Positions 26,507 through 36,035 of a stretch of 64,000 nucleotides of DNA are shown here, piece by piece; positions within the stretch are counted from its first letter, which is position 1, and the number at the start of each line of letters is the position of its first letter. The stretch is from a virus. The translations under genes and the position numbers were made by a program. Location: IMG/VR virus record IMGVR_UViG_3300050821_017570, positions 1 through 64,000 of that record. One strand, given 5' to 3'. Under the pieces are notes generated by a model. That model made no database searches. It saw only the letters and a program-made list of their open reading frames with translations, and was not told the origin of the DNA.

Positions 26507-29500
26507 TTAGTTAACGAGTTCCGCAGTCGTGGTAACGGATGTGATGGTGTTGGTAGCCGACGACGCCGACCACGTTACCTGTGAATCGATAAGGTTGGTA
26601 ATCGTCGTGTTGAGCGCAACCGTAGCGGTGCCCGCGATCACGATATCAACGACCGTGGTGCTGGTACCAAAAATCGTCAATCTGCCGCGTACCCAGCAGG
26701 TACCACCAGTCCCGGTGGTATAGCAGGTGACGTAGAATTCCGCCGACCATGGCACACTCGTATAGGCGGTGGCGATCGCGGTTGCGGCAGACGCGATTGT
26801 GTTGGCCCCGACCGCAATGGTCCACGTCAGCGTATCGGTCGCGACGTTACTCACATACCCGAACTGTGTGACCCGACAGGTACGACCGGCGATGAACGTG
26901 TTTGCCGGAATCGTCATGCTACCGATACCGGTACCGACGATGGATGTCTTCGCAGCTGTGCTGGCTACGGTCTTTGTCGCATCCTGGCCAAACACCGCCG
27001 AAACGTTGGTTCCCGCACCCGTGGGCGCGACCGCCACACTAATACTGCCAGACCCATTGGTGACCGCGATACCGGTACCGGCGGTTAGGGTGGCCAGTGT
27101 GTATCCGGTGCCGTTACCAATCAGGAGGGTACCATCGGCAGCCGACGATCCGCTCAATCCGGTTCCACCAACCCCAACACCGACGGTTCCCGACGTAATG
27201 ATCGAACCTGCAAGGCTTGGGATGTCAGACGCGGCTAAGGCGATCCATGCGGGAGCAGCTGATACCGAACCAGTACCCGTTTGTGACAGGAACTGACGGG
27301 TCGTTGTGGTGTTGCCGGCAAGCCGTGTATCAGTGCCGCCGGCGCCTGCATAAAGGATGTCGCCTAGTGTGGTTAGGGGGCTCAGGTTGTTAAAAGCCAC
27401 ACTAGCGGTGTTGGCTCCAGTACCACCAGCCGCGATTGGGAGAATCCCTACCGCAGCGGTACCTACGTTGTAACTGAGCGAATCCCATGAGACCGATGTG
27501 GTATCGATGGTGATCGCACCAGTAGTGGCAACGAACCAGACCGTTCCACCATACGTGGTACCGGCCTGAACCGCTACAGCCATTCCGTAGAACGCCATCG
27601 TGGTTGAACCACTCGGGTAATCGGTTGGTCTGGTGAGCGCGCTTCCAGTTCCGTTAAATACCCAAATACCATTCTGGGAACCGGTCGTCTGGGCGCCTAG
27701 GAGGATACGGTTTCCACTGACTAGCGTCACCCCATCCATTGTGGCGGGAGCCGAAGTGATGCTGACGTTAGCAGCCGACAGAGCCACAACTGAGACTTTG
27801 TAAACAACTGGAAGTTCTGTATTGATCGGAAGACGGAACGTCGGGGCCGCAGCCGCACCGCTGGTAGGGCCGGCGAAAAATGTATTGGCGGCCTGGGTGG
27901 CTAGCGAAACCGCTAGTGTACCCGAACTGGTGATCGGTGATCCACCTACGGCTAGGAAACTGGGAACCGTCATCGCCACCGAAGTGACGTAAGCCAACGC
28001 AGGAATGTCGGTTGAAGACAATGCGGTCCAAACCGGTGCGGCCGAGACCGAGCCTGTTCCGGTCTGGGCATGGAACATACGAGTCGCTGTAGTATTGCCA
28101 GCAAGACGCGTCGCTGCACCAGACGCACCGCCGTAGATGGTGTCACCCAGAGTGGTCATTGGGCTCAATGCATTGAATCCAGCCGCGGCGGTATTTTGAC
28201 CCGTACCGCCAGCACCAATCGGAAGAATCCCGACGGCCGAATAAGCGACGTTGTAGCCAATCGAATCAAACGAAATCGATGTCGTATCGATGGTGATCGC
28301 ACCAGTGGTGGCGATAAACCACGCGGTGCCGCCATAGGTCGCGCCAGCCAGCACTGGAATCGACACACCATAATAGGCAGCCGTAGTGGACCCACTGGGA
28401 AAGTCGGCCGTACGGGTCAATGCGGAACTGGGACCGTTGTAGGTCCAAAGACCATTCTGGGAACCAACCGTCTGGGCACCCAACAGGATGCGATTTCCAG
28501 TCGATAACGCTACCCCGTCAACCGTAGCGGGCGGAGCAGACAAACTGATGTTGCTGGCAACCAACACGACCGCCGGAGCGCGATAAACGGTTGGTACATC
28601 GAGGTAGGTGAGGTTACGGAACGTCGGAACAGCTGCGGATCCACTGCTGGGGCCGGCAAGCACAAGATTGGCTGCTTGGGTTACTAATGAGACCGCAAGC
28701 GTACCAGATGTCGTGATGGGTGACCCGCTAACACTCAGGAAGCTCGGAACCGTCATTGCGACAGACGTCACGGTAGCGGCTGGTGCCCACAGTGCGGCGC
28801 CGGTCAGTACGTAAGTTTGTTGGCCAGCCGTCGGAGCCGGAACCGCTCCTGCGGTACCGGCGCTGACACCTGTCGCCCCCACCATGACCGGAATGTCAGA
28901 TGCTGCGAGAGCTGTCCAAACCGGCGCAGCACTCACACTACCGGTGCCGGTCTGGGCGTGAAACTGACGGGTCGCCGTAGTGTTGCCGGCCAATCGGGTC
29001 GGGGTGCCTGAAGCGCCACCATAGATGGTGTCGCCAAGCGTAGTCATCGGAACCAGGTTATCGGTAACGCCTGCGATCCTGACAAAGAAGCCAGTTGATG
29101 TCACCCATGCGTCACCATTGTTGGGTGACGTAGGGGCTGCTCCTGGGGGCAGATTGAGGCCAGCCGTACCGGCCGCGCTCGCAGCGGTCTGTACCAGCCC
29201 ACTGGCCGTCAGTGTGGTAAACGAACCACTGTTCGGAGTGGTGGTGCCGATCGCCGCTGGAACCGCCCAGGTGTTGCCAAGGAGATAGCTGGCGTTCAGA
29301 TTGACCACGTTGGTGGTACTGGCGACCACAAATGGCGCCGTACCGGTACTAACGGTCGAGGTGATCTGACCGCTGGCCGAAACGGTGGTGAATGCCCCAC
29401 TAGAGGCGGTGGTCGAACCAATCGGGCCAGGGGCGGCAAACGTGGCGCCGTTAAGGCTCGACGCATTGAGGTTTGCCACATTGGTAGTGCTGGAGACGAC

Positions 29501-29854
29501 AAATGGTGCCGTGCCGGTACTAACGGTAGACGTGATCTGACCGCTAGCCGCAAGCGTCGTGAACTTACCAGTATTGGGTGTGGTCGACCCAATCGTACCC
29601 GGTGCGGCCCACGTAAAGGTCAGCAGGGTATTGGCGTTGATGGTTGGTGAGGCGACCAAACCCAGATTGGTCAACGCGGTGGTGACGTCACCAGTCGGCT
29701 GCGCAATCGCGGTTGCGCCCCAGAAGGCAAATTTCTGAGATGTCGTGGTACCGATGATTGTGCCGGTTGAGGTACCGAAACTGATACCTCCACCGTTTAC
29801 CATAACGATGGAGGTGGGGTTGATCCCCGCGGCCACGTAGATTGGCGTCGCCAT
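26507..29854 (-). CDS. Long tail fibre-like protein with internal duplications
   Basis: 1115 aa, G/A/S/T-rich; three copies of TTLGDxxY...TRLAGNTT...QTGTGSVSAAP; two copies of DGVxLxxGNRILLGAQTxGSQNG. Confidence 0.8.
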   Translation of the reverse strand: MATPIYVAAGINPTSIVMVNGGGISFGTSTGTIIGTTTSQKFAFWGATAIAQPTGDVTTALTNLGLVASPTINANTLLTFTWAAPGTIGSTTPNTGKFTTLAASGQITSTVSTGTAPFVVSSTTNVANLNASSLNGATFAAPGPIGSTTASSGAFTTVSASGQITSTVSTGTAPFVVASTTNVVNLNASYLLGNTWAVPAAIGTTTPNSGSFTTLTASGLVQTAASAAGTAGLNLPPGAAPTSPNNGDAWVTSTGFFVRIAGVTDNLVPMTTLGDTIYGGASGTPTRLAGNTTATRQFHAQTGTGSVSAAPVWTALAASDIPVMVGATGVSAGTAGAVPAPTAGQQTYVLTGAALWAPAATVTSVAMTVPSFLSVSGSPITTSGTLAVSLVTQAANLVLAGPSSGSAAVPTFRNLTYLDVPTVYRAPAVVLVASNISLSAPPATVDGVALSTGNRILLGAQTVGSQNGLWTYNGPSSALTRTADFPSGSTTAAYYGVSIPVLAGATYGGTAWFIATTGAITIDTTSISFDSIGYNVAYSAVGILPIGAGGTGQNTAAAGFNALSPMTTLGDTIYGGASGAATRLAGNTTATRMFHAQTGTGSVSAAPVWTALSSTDIPALAYVTSVAMTVPSFLAVGGSPITSSGTLAVSLATQAANTFFAGPTSGAAAAPTFRLPINTELPVVYKVSVVALSAANVSITSAPATMDGVTLVSGNRILLGAQTTGSQNGIWVFNGTGSALTRPTDYPSGSTTMAFYGMAVAVQAGTTYGGTVWFVATTGAITIDTTSVSWDSLSYNVGTAAVGILPIAAGGTGANTASVAFNNLSPLTTLGDILYAGAGGTDTRLAGNTTTTRQFLSQTGTGSVSAAPAWIALAASDIPSLAGSIITSGTVGVGVGGTGLSGSSAADGTLLIGNGTGYTLATLTAGTGIAVTNGSGSISVAVAPTGAGTNVSAVFGQDATKTVASTAAKTSIVGTGIGSMTIPANTFIAGRTCRVTQFGYVSNVATDTLTWTIAVGANTIASAATAIATAYTSVPWSAEFYVTCYTTGTGGTCWVRGRLTIFGTSTTVVDIVIAGTATVALNTTITNLIDSQVTWSASSATNTITSVTTTAELVN

Positions 29855-29877
29855 ATGTTAGACGCCTATTATGGGGA

Positions 29878-32754
29878 TTAACCCATCACCACAACTCTAT
29901 ATTGGCCAGCCGTCGGGGCGACGGCGAAGTTAATCGTCGCAGTGTTGGTGGTCGTAGTCTCGACATCGGTCTCAATGTAGGTCAAGAGACTCGTGTCATA
30001 GACCGCGATCACCACATCCTGGGTACCCAGGTTATGGGTAACCGTGTAGGTGGTCGAGCTGGTCGACAAGGTAGTGGCGTACTTGTTAACCGTGCCGGTA
30101 CCGGTGGTCGAGATAGTGATCCCACCCACACCATTGACGATGCTGATGTTGGTGCCGGCCGTCAGGGTCGACAGAGTGAACCCACCACCGTTACCGATCA
30201 GGAGGGTACCGTTGGCAGCCGAATTGGTGTTCAGACCGGTGCCACCATGGGTGTTCGAAACGATCCCACTGATGCCGCTGGCGTTATAGACAGGGCTGGT
30301 GACGAGTCCATATGTGCTCAGCGCGGTCGCAACATCACCCGTCTGCTGGATCACTGGGGTGGCGCCGAAGAAGGCAAACTTCTGCGTCGATACCGTACCG
30401 ATCATCGTGCCGGTCGTGGATCCGAAGATGAAGTTGTACCCATCTCCGATCATCACGTTACCGTTGAAGGTCGACTGACCCGACTCAACAATAAGGGCGT
30501 TGTTGTTGGTGATGCTGACGTTGGTACCGGCGATCGGAGCGCCGGAGATCGCAACGGTAGCGCCGTTGGTGATCGTCTGAAGCGCAGTATTGCAGGTATA
30601 GGTGGGCGCGAGAATCCGGAACTCGCGCTGCGTCACTGGGGTGCTGGACGCCCACTGTACGGTGTGGTTGACACCCCAGAGGACACTCGTGACCTCAGTA
30701 CCTGAGGTCATCAGGTTGAGGGTTCCACCTGTGTAGTTGAAGCCCTGAGGGGTACCACCCGAAGTGGTCGACTGGGTTAGCGCCAGCACCGCACCCGTGG
30801 AGGTCACATAGGTGGTGCCGCCAAAGAACGATGCACCAGCCGCAACCTGTAGGGCATACGAGTTGGTGATGCTGACATTAGTACCAGCGATTGGTGCGCC
30901 ATCGATCGAAACGGTTGCGGCGGTAGCGATGACTTGGCTAGACGCACTGCAGGCGTAGGTCGGATTGGTGATCCGGATCGCGCGCTGGGTCGACGGAGTG
31001 GAGGTGATCCAGGTCTCGGTCGCCGACAGATTGATATAGAAACTGTTGACCTCAGTACCTGAGGAGAGGTTGGTATGGGCACCACCGGTAAAGGTAAAGC
31101 CAATCGGAGCACCCGAGGTGGCGGCCGACTGGGTCAGAACGAGTGGTGACGTACCCTGGACGGTGAGACCGACACCGGAGCTGAACGTGTAGCCAGCATA
31201 CCCGGTGATGGAGTTGGTACCGTTCCACACGGTAACCTGGCCGGCGGTACCAGAACCGGTGATCGATGAGGTCGCATTGATCGTGATGGTGCCAGCACCA
31301 TTGACGATCGAGATGTTGGTGCCAGCCGTTAGGGTGGCGAGGCTGAACCCGGACCCATTGCCAATCAGGAGGGTGCCGTTGGCTGCCGAACTGGTGTTCA
31401 GACCGGTGCCGCCGTATTGGGCCGAAACCGCAGTACCGTTCCAGGTACCGGTGGTGATAGTGCCGAGTGTGGTGATGGAGGTCTGACCAACGTAGCCAGA
31501 GTCGATCGAAACCACCGGGTTACCCGCGATGCCAGCGCCGTTGCTGATATCGATCTGACCAGCCGTACCCGTGAGGGTTCGAGGGCTAAACGTTCCCGCA
31601 CCCGTGCAGGCAACGAAACCCGTCGATGTCACGATCTGACTGGCAGAATCAACACGACCGAAAACATCGACCGTCACGCTTGTGTAGGTACCAGCGGAAA
31701 CGCCGGTATCGGAGAGTTCGAGCTGGCCGCCAGTGAATTGGAAATTCGAAGTCGCGTTCACCGAGATGGTGTTGACGCTTTTGCTGATACCGTTTCCAGC
31801 GATGATGTCGGCCGCGCCAGTGAACTGAACAAACGACAGGCTGGTCGTATTCAGCGTGATGGGCGCGAGCGTATCGAGGATCCAGCCGGTATTGGCGTTC
31901 GAGGTACCCTCGATGATGAAGGTGTAGATGCCAGTCGTGACAAGAGCCGACGAGTTCGCGTCAGTCGAACGGGTCAGAATGTAGGGAGTGGAACCACTGC
32001 CGGTCTGGGTAACAACGTAGATACCGTTATAGGGGGCGTTGCCACCGGACTCGTTCTTAACCAACACACGATCATTGGTGAGCGGGCTTCCGCCGTCGAT
32101 CGAAAGGGCACCGTTGGCGTTAGCGGTGAGGGTACCACCGGCGGTCGAGCTGAACGTGTAGGCAGGGAGGGCGGCCGTGGTGGCCCACTCACAGGCAGCC
32201 TTCGGAGTCAGACCGGCGGTTGACGCGTCAACATATGCCTTGGTGGCCGCATCCTGCGGGTTAACCGGATTGGCCAAGTTGGTGATGTTGTAGCCACCGT
32301 TTGACCAGCTACCCGTAGGGGTCGTCAGGCTATTGACGGGAATCGCCTCAACCGCGGTGGTGAAGTCGCTGATCGTGCTGGCGGTTTGGGTGCCAGTCTG
32401 GTTGGCACGGTTCAGATAGTAGGAACCGTTGTAGTAGGGGCCACCCGAACCGGTCGAATCGAGAGTCGTCGCCTGGCTGGCCGTACCCGTTAGATTGGCG
32501 GTGATGGTGCCGGCAGAGAAGTTACCCGACCCGTCGCGCAGTACCTCAGTGTTGGGAGTATCGGCAGTCGTCGACGGATAGATGTACCACGAAGTGGTTC
32601 CGTCGTACCAGCGAGGACGATCCACATCCGAGCGAAACCACAGCTGACCAACAACCGGTGAACCAGGATCAGAGCCGAGCTGCTGCAACTGTACGTTGAG
32701 CAGCTGCAGCTGTGTCAGGTCGATCGGGGTCGTGAACTTCTTGGGTGCAGACAT
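29878..32754 (-). CDS. Tail fibre-like protein
   Basis: 958 aa; NLANPVNPQDAATKAYVD, IDG...DRVLVKN...NGIYVV, C-terminal YTVTHNLGT. Confidence 0.8.
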   Translation of the reverse strand: MSAPKKFTTPIDLTQLQLLNVQLQQLGSDPGSPVVGQLWFRSDVDRPRWYDGTTSWYIYPSTTADTPNTEVLRDGSGNFSAGTITANLTGTASQATTLDSTGSGGPYYNGSYYLNRANQTGTQTASTISDFTTAVEAIPVNSLTTPTGSWSNGGYNITNLANPVNPQDAATKAYVDASTAGLTPKAACEWATTAALPAYTFSSTAGGTLTANANGALSIDGGSPLTNDRVLVKNESGGNAPYNGIYVVTQTGSGSTPYILTRSTDANSSALVTTGIYTFIIEGTSNANTGWILDTLAPITLNTTSLSFVQFTGAADIIAGNGISKSVNTISVNATSNFQFTGGQLELSDTGVSAGTYTSVTVDVFGRVDSASQIVTSTGFVACTGAGTFSPRTLTGTAGQIDISNGAGIAGNPVVSIDSGYVGQTSITTLGTITTGTWNGTAVSAQYGGTGLNTSSAANGTLLIGNGSGFSLATLTAGTNISIVNGAGTITINATSSITGSGTAGQVTVWNGTNSITGYAGYTFSSGVGLTVQGTSPLVLTQSAATSGAPIGFTFTGGAHTNLSSGTEVNSFYINLSATETWITSTPSTQRAIRITNPTYACSASSQVIATAATVSIDGAPIAGTNVSITNSYALQVAAGASFFGGTTYVTSTGAVLALTQSTTSGGTPQGFNYTGGTLNLMTSGTEVTSVLWGVNHTVQWASSTPVTQREFRILAPTYTCNTALQTITNGATVAISGAPIAGTNVSITNNNALIVESGQSTFNGNVMIGDGYNFIFGSTTGTMIGTVSTQKFAFFGATPVIQQTGDVATALSTYGLVTSPVYNASGISGIVSNTHGGTGLNTNSAANGTLLIGNGGGFTLSTLTAGTNISIVNGVGGITISTTGTGTVNKYATTLSTSSTTYTVTHNLGTQDVVIAVYDTSLLTYIETDVETTTTNTATINFAVAPTAGQYRVVVMG

Positions 32755-32763
32755 GGTGGCTCA

Positions 32764-33354
32764 CTAAGTCAGAATGGCAGTGCCGGAAAACGCGTAGATA
32801 GACGAACTGGTGAGGCTGTTGCTATCTATATAAGCGATGGCTGTTTCTACGATAGTATTGGTAGAATCCATCACCGTTACGGCTGGGTAGGTACCTAGAT
32901 TATGATTGATGGTCCAAATTGCAGCCGCAACCCCTTGGGTGTAGAGGAAGGAGCCTTTGGTCCTATAGAGGGTGTCGGCTTCTGCTTCGCTCAGTCCGGG
33001 GGCAGCCAGTTGCCCCCAATATGGGGCAAGCGATGACGGCGGCACCCCAAGACTAGGTTCCAGCGCTAGATAGCTACCGCCTTGGTAGGCGACAATGTCG
33101 TTAACGAAATAACTGTCCGAGGACACCCAGTCGCCTCGGAAGTTGAAATCGACGTTACCACTGGAACCAACCTGTATCCACTGAGCCGCACCTGGGGTGT
33201 TGTCGCTGCACGCGTATAGGGTGAATGGGCTTACACCACGGTTCACCCATAGCATGCCATTGATGAACCCGGAATTCGCATCATCTGTAGTAGTTGGCGC
33301 CGCTACTTGATACGACACCATTGACGGGGACGTATTGCGAGCAATTGTGCGCAC
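32764..33354 (-). CDS. Tail-associated protein with shared N-terminal module
   Basis: APTTTDD...GMLWVN...YACSDNTPGAAQW; carbohydrate-binding-like WVSSDSYFVNDIVAYQGGSY; C-terminal WTINHNLG. Confidence 0.75.
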   Translation of the reverse strand: MRTIARNTSPSMVSYQVAAPTTTDDANSGFINGMLWVNRGVSPFTLYACSDNTPGAAQWIQVGSSGNVDFNFRGDWVSSDSYFVNDIVAYQGGSYLALEPSLGVPPSSLAPYWGQLAAPGLSEAEADTLYRTKGSFLYTQGVAAAIWTINHNLGTYPAVTVMDSTNTIVETAIAYIDSNSLTSSSIYAFSGTAILT

Positions 33355-33360
33355 GATTGA

Positions 33361-33401
33361 AAGATTATGACGGTAACGTTACCGTCCTAGCCCATAATCT
33401 T
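33361..33401. promoter_or_regulatory. Nested inverted repeat: 18-bp perfect palindrome inside a 9-bp inverted repeat
   Basis: GACGGTAACGTTACCGTC (33369-33386) enclosed by AAGATTATG (33361-33369) and CATAATCTT (33393-33401). Confidence 0.6.
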
Positions 33402-33429
33402 GTGTTGCATGGCAAAACACTCAATAACC

Positions 33430-35991
33430 CTAAGTAAACGCGCAATAATGCCAGGATCCACCATAGTAGGCCCATAGCTTACCATCTACCGGATCAATGC
33501 GGCACGCGATCCCATTGGGAAACGACGACTGTAAAACCGGGAAGCCTGTCGGTGCCCCTGGGGTGGAAGGCATGAAAAAGAAGCCAACCTGATCCGCGAC
33601 GTTAAACCCGCTTGGGTTACCCATCCCGACGTCACCACCCGATACCGTGTTGAGCCCTAACGGAAGTGCCCCAACGCCGTTCTGCTGGACCTGGACGGTC
33701 AATCCGGTGGGGCCGACTCCAAAGTCAGCCTGATAGGGAGTCGAGCCGTCAGGTACCAGAATGCGGAATGGGCCATCGGTTTCGACCCTACCGCCACTCG
33801 GGTTAAGGATTAGAGGGATGCTGCTGACGCCAGAATCCTGCGAATCAATGGTGTTGCCGGTGAGGTTGGATTCCATCCAAAGGATAGGGTTATGACCAGG
33901 CGAGGGAAGCCCCTGAACGATAAGGTTGGGAAACTCCCCCATCACGTTGATGGGCGACTCATTCGTATAGATGGCCTCGACCTCTACCAACGCATTCGCA
34001 CCTGTCCCACCATAGAGGGGCTGAGTGAGCTGGAAAAGCAGATTTGCATCTCCGGTAATTCGCGGGACAAACTTAAGCGTAATCGGACGCCACTCTGGCG
34101 TCATCTGAAGTTGCTGCGAATAGTGGTTGGTACCACCAGGGACTGCTTCCCAAATCGACACCTGTAGGAATGACAACGGATTTGACGAAGCTGCCTTCAC
34201 ATTCAGCTTCATAAAGATTGGTTTGCCAGCCACGACAGCTGACCCAGGCGCCAAGAGTGCCTGAATGGCAGACGTGGGGGTGGGTAGCGAAATCGCACCA
34301 GCGGATAACCGTCCATACGGGTTAAGTGTCGGGGTACAGGTTGCACCGCTCTGAAGGGAGAACCCATTGATAAGGTTGTAAGCGTTGTATCCAATCGTCA
34401 GGAGGGCGAACCCCACCATATCGTTGGACGTTAGCTGCGAGGTATCGTGCCCAGACTGGATCCGACCCCGTGGGTCTATGACAAACCCCATACCGGCGAC
34501 GTTCGATATATTGACCGAATAGAATGACGCCGTCCCAACCCCATCACCATAAAAGGGACCAAACTGATTGTCCGAATTATAGGCATCCGGATCAGGCTGG
34601 TAGAGCATCTGAAGGATGTAGGCGGGCGGGTACGGCAGCAAACACAACGGGCCAAACATGCATCCACGCAGATTAGGACACGTACTGTAGACGAATGGTG
34701 GAGATGGACTCCATCCCCCAACCTCGCACCCATTGAAGATGTGACCGGCAATGTATCCGTTGCTCACCCCGATCGCTACCGTCAACCCAGACACGCTACC
34801 TGCGGTGCCTGGGGCGGCCAAGACGGCGGTAGTGGGGTTGGTGACACTAGCGATGGTGGTGTGGAGGCTCAGTCCATATTGGAGCCCCTGCTTAACCACA
34901 ACGTTGCGCCCAACATCAGCAGACGTGAACACAGCGGTCGCGCTGGTGAGGGTGGTGGAATTATTCATCACCCCATCGGTTACGCTACGCCCCAACAGCG
35001 GCAGTCTGCCACCAGTATCTGAACCGGTCGAAAGATCCTCATCCGCATAGCAGACCGGAATCTCTGCCGTGCTGAGGTTCTCGCCACCAAACTTTGCAAC
35101 ACATGAGAAGCCCTGACCGGCGGGTTCATAAACCGGCGATGGTACCACCCACAGACCATAACGGCCATACGTGGTGTACGGATTGAGCCGAATGAACTCG
35201 CAAGCATGGATGTATGCGGCGTCCCCGCCCTGCATGAGCTTCAGACCCACACGATTATTGTTGAAGGCACATGAGATCCATGCCGACGAGTCAGGCTTAC
35301 CCGAGTGGGCAAACCCAATGGTCGTCTCGTCATTAGCGGCATTGAAGGTACAGTTCTGGACATGCCAATACGGCATATCTGAGGCCTGCGTATAGACAGC
35401 ACACCGCGTGTATTGAAGGAAATCCACATCACGAATCACATGTTGGTTCGTGACATTCACGCCAGTGAATAGGTGCTGAACCGCCCCAAGCCCACCACTA
35501 AACGAGATACCTTCTAGGTGAAAGCTGGTCCACTTGAGTGACGAACTGACAAAATAATTGCCAGATAGGACGATGCTGGTGACGGCGCGCCCATCGCCAA
35601 TGATGACAAGATTCGCGCCAGAGAGACCGGATCCGGTGGTGTAGTGGTAGGTCGAAGCTGGGAAGTAGAGCGCTAGGTTGCCAGATATGGCTACCGCCGC
35701 AGCTGCGTTGATCGCAGCGGTGTCATCCCCACCGGTCCCGACGTTCAGACCATAATTCTTAACATTCACCCACGCGACAGGTGTTCCGGTCGCACTGGTT
35801 GTCCCAACCTGGATCCATTGAGCCGCACCTGGGGTGTTATCGCTACACGCGTAGAGAGTAAACGGAGTTGTGGCTCTATTTACCCACAACATACCGTTAA
35901 TAAAACCTACCGTTGCGCTGTCATCGATTCCTGGCGCATGGGTCTTGTAGACCACCATCGCTGGTGACGTAGTGCGGGCGATGGTTCTCAC
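33430..35991 (-). CDS. Tailspike / putative depolymerase (pectate-lyase-3-like beta helix plus CBM-like domain)
   Basis: WVNVKNYG...GDDTAAINAA...LYFPASTY; later PEWRPITLKF CBM-like region; shared N- and C-terminal modules. Confidence 0.75.
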   Translation of the reverse strand: MRTIARTTSPAMVVYKTHAPGIDDSATVGFINGMLWVNRATTPFTLYACSDNTPGAAQWIQVGTTSATGTPVAWVNVKNYGLNVGTGGDDTAAINAAAAVAISGNLALYFPASTYHYTTGSGLSGANLVIIGDGRAVTSIVLSGNYFVSSSLKWTSFHLEGISFSGGLGAVQHLFTGVNVTNQHVIRDVDFLQYTRCAVYTQASDMPYWHVQNCTFNAANDETTIGFAHSGKPDSSAWISCAFNNNRVGLKLMQGGDAAYIHACEFIRLNPYTTYGRYGLWVVPSPVYEPAGQGFSCVAKFGGENLSTAEIPVCYADEDLSTGSDTGGRLPLLGRSVTDGVMNNSTTLTSATAVFTSADVGRNVVVKQGLQYGLSLHTTIASVTNPTTAVLAAPGTAGSVSGLTVAIGVSNGYIAGHIFNGCEVGGWSPSPPFVYSTCPNLRGCMFGPLCLLPYPPAYILQMLYQPDPDAYNSDNQFGPFYGDGVGTASFYSVNISNVAGMGFVIDPRGRIQSGHDTSQLTSNDMVGFALLTIGYNAYNLINGFSLQSGATCTPTLNPYGRLSAGAISLPTPTSAIQALLAPGSAVVAGKPIFMKLNVKAASSNPLSFLQVSIWEAVPGGTNHYSQQLQMTPEWRPITLKFVPRITGDANLLFQLTQPLYGGTGANALVEVEAIYTNESPINVMGEFPNLIVQGLPSPGHNPILWMESNLTGNTIDSQDSGVSSIPLILNPSGGRVETDGPFRILVPDGSTPYQADFGVGPTGLTVQVQQNGVGALPLGLNTVSGGDVGMGNPSGFNVADQVGFFFMPSTPGAPTGFPVLQSSFPNGIACRIDPVDGKLWAYYGGSWHYCAFT

Positions 35992-36035
35992 GATGCTAGG
36001 CCAGCGTCGGTTAAATTAATCGGTCAGGATGGACA

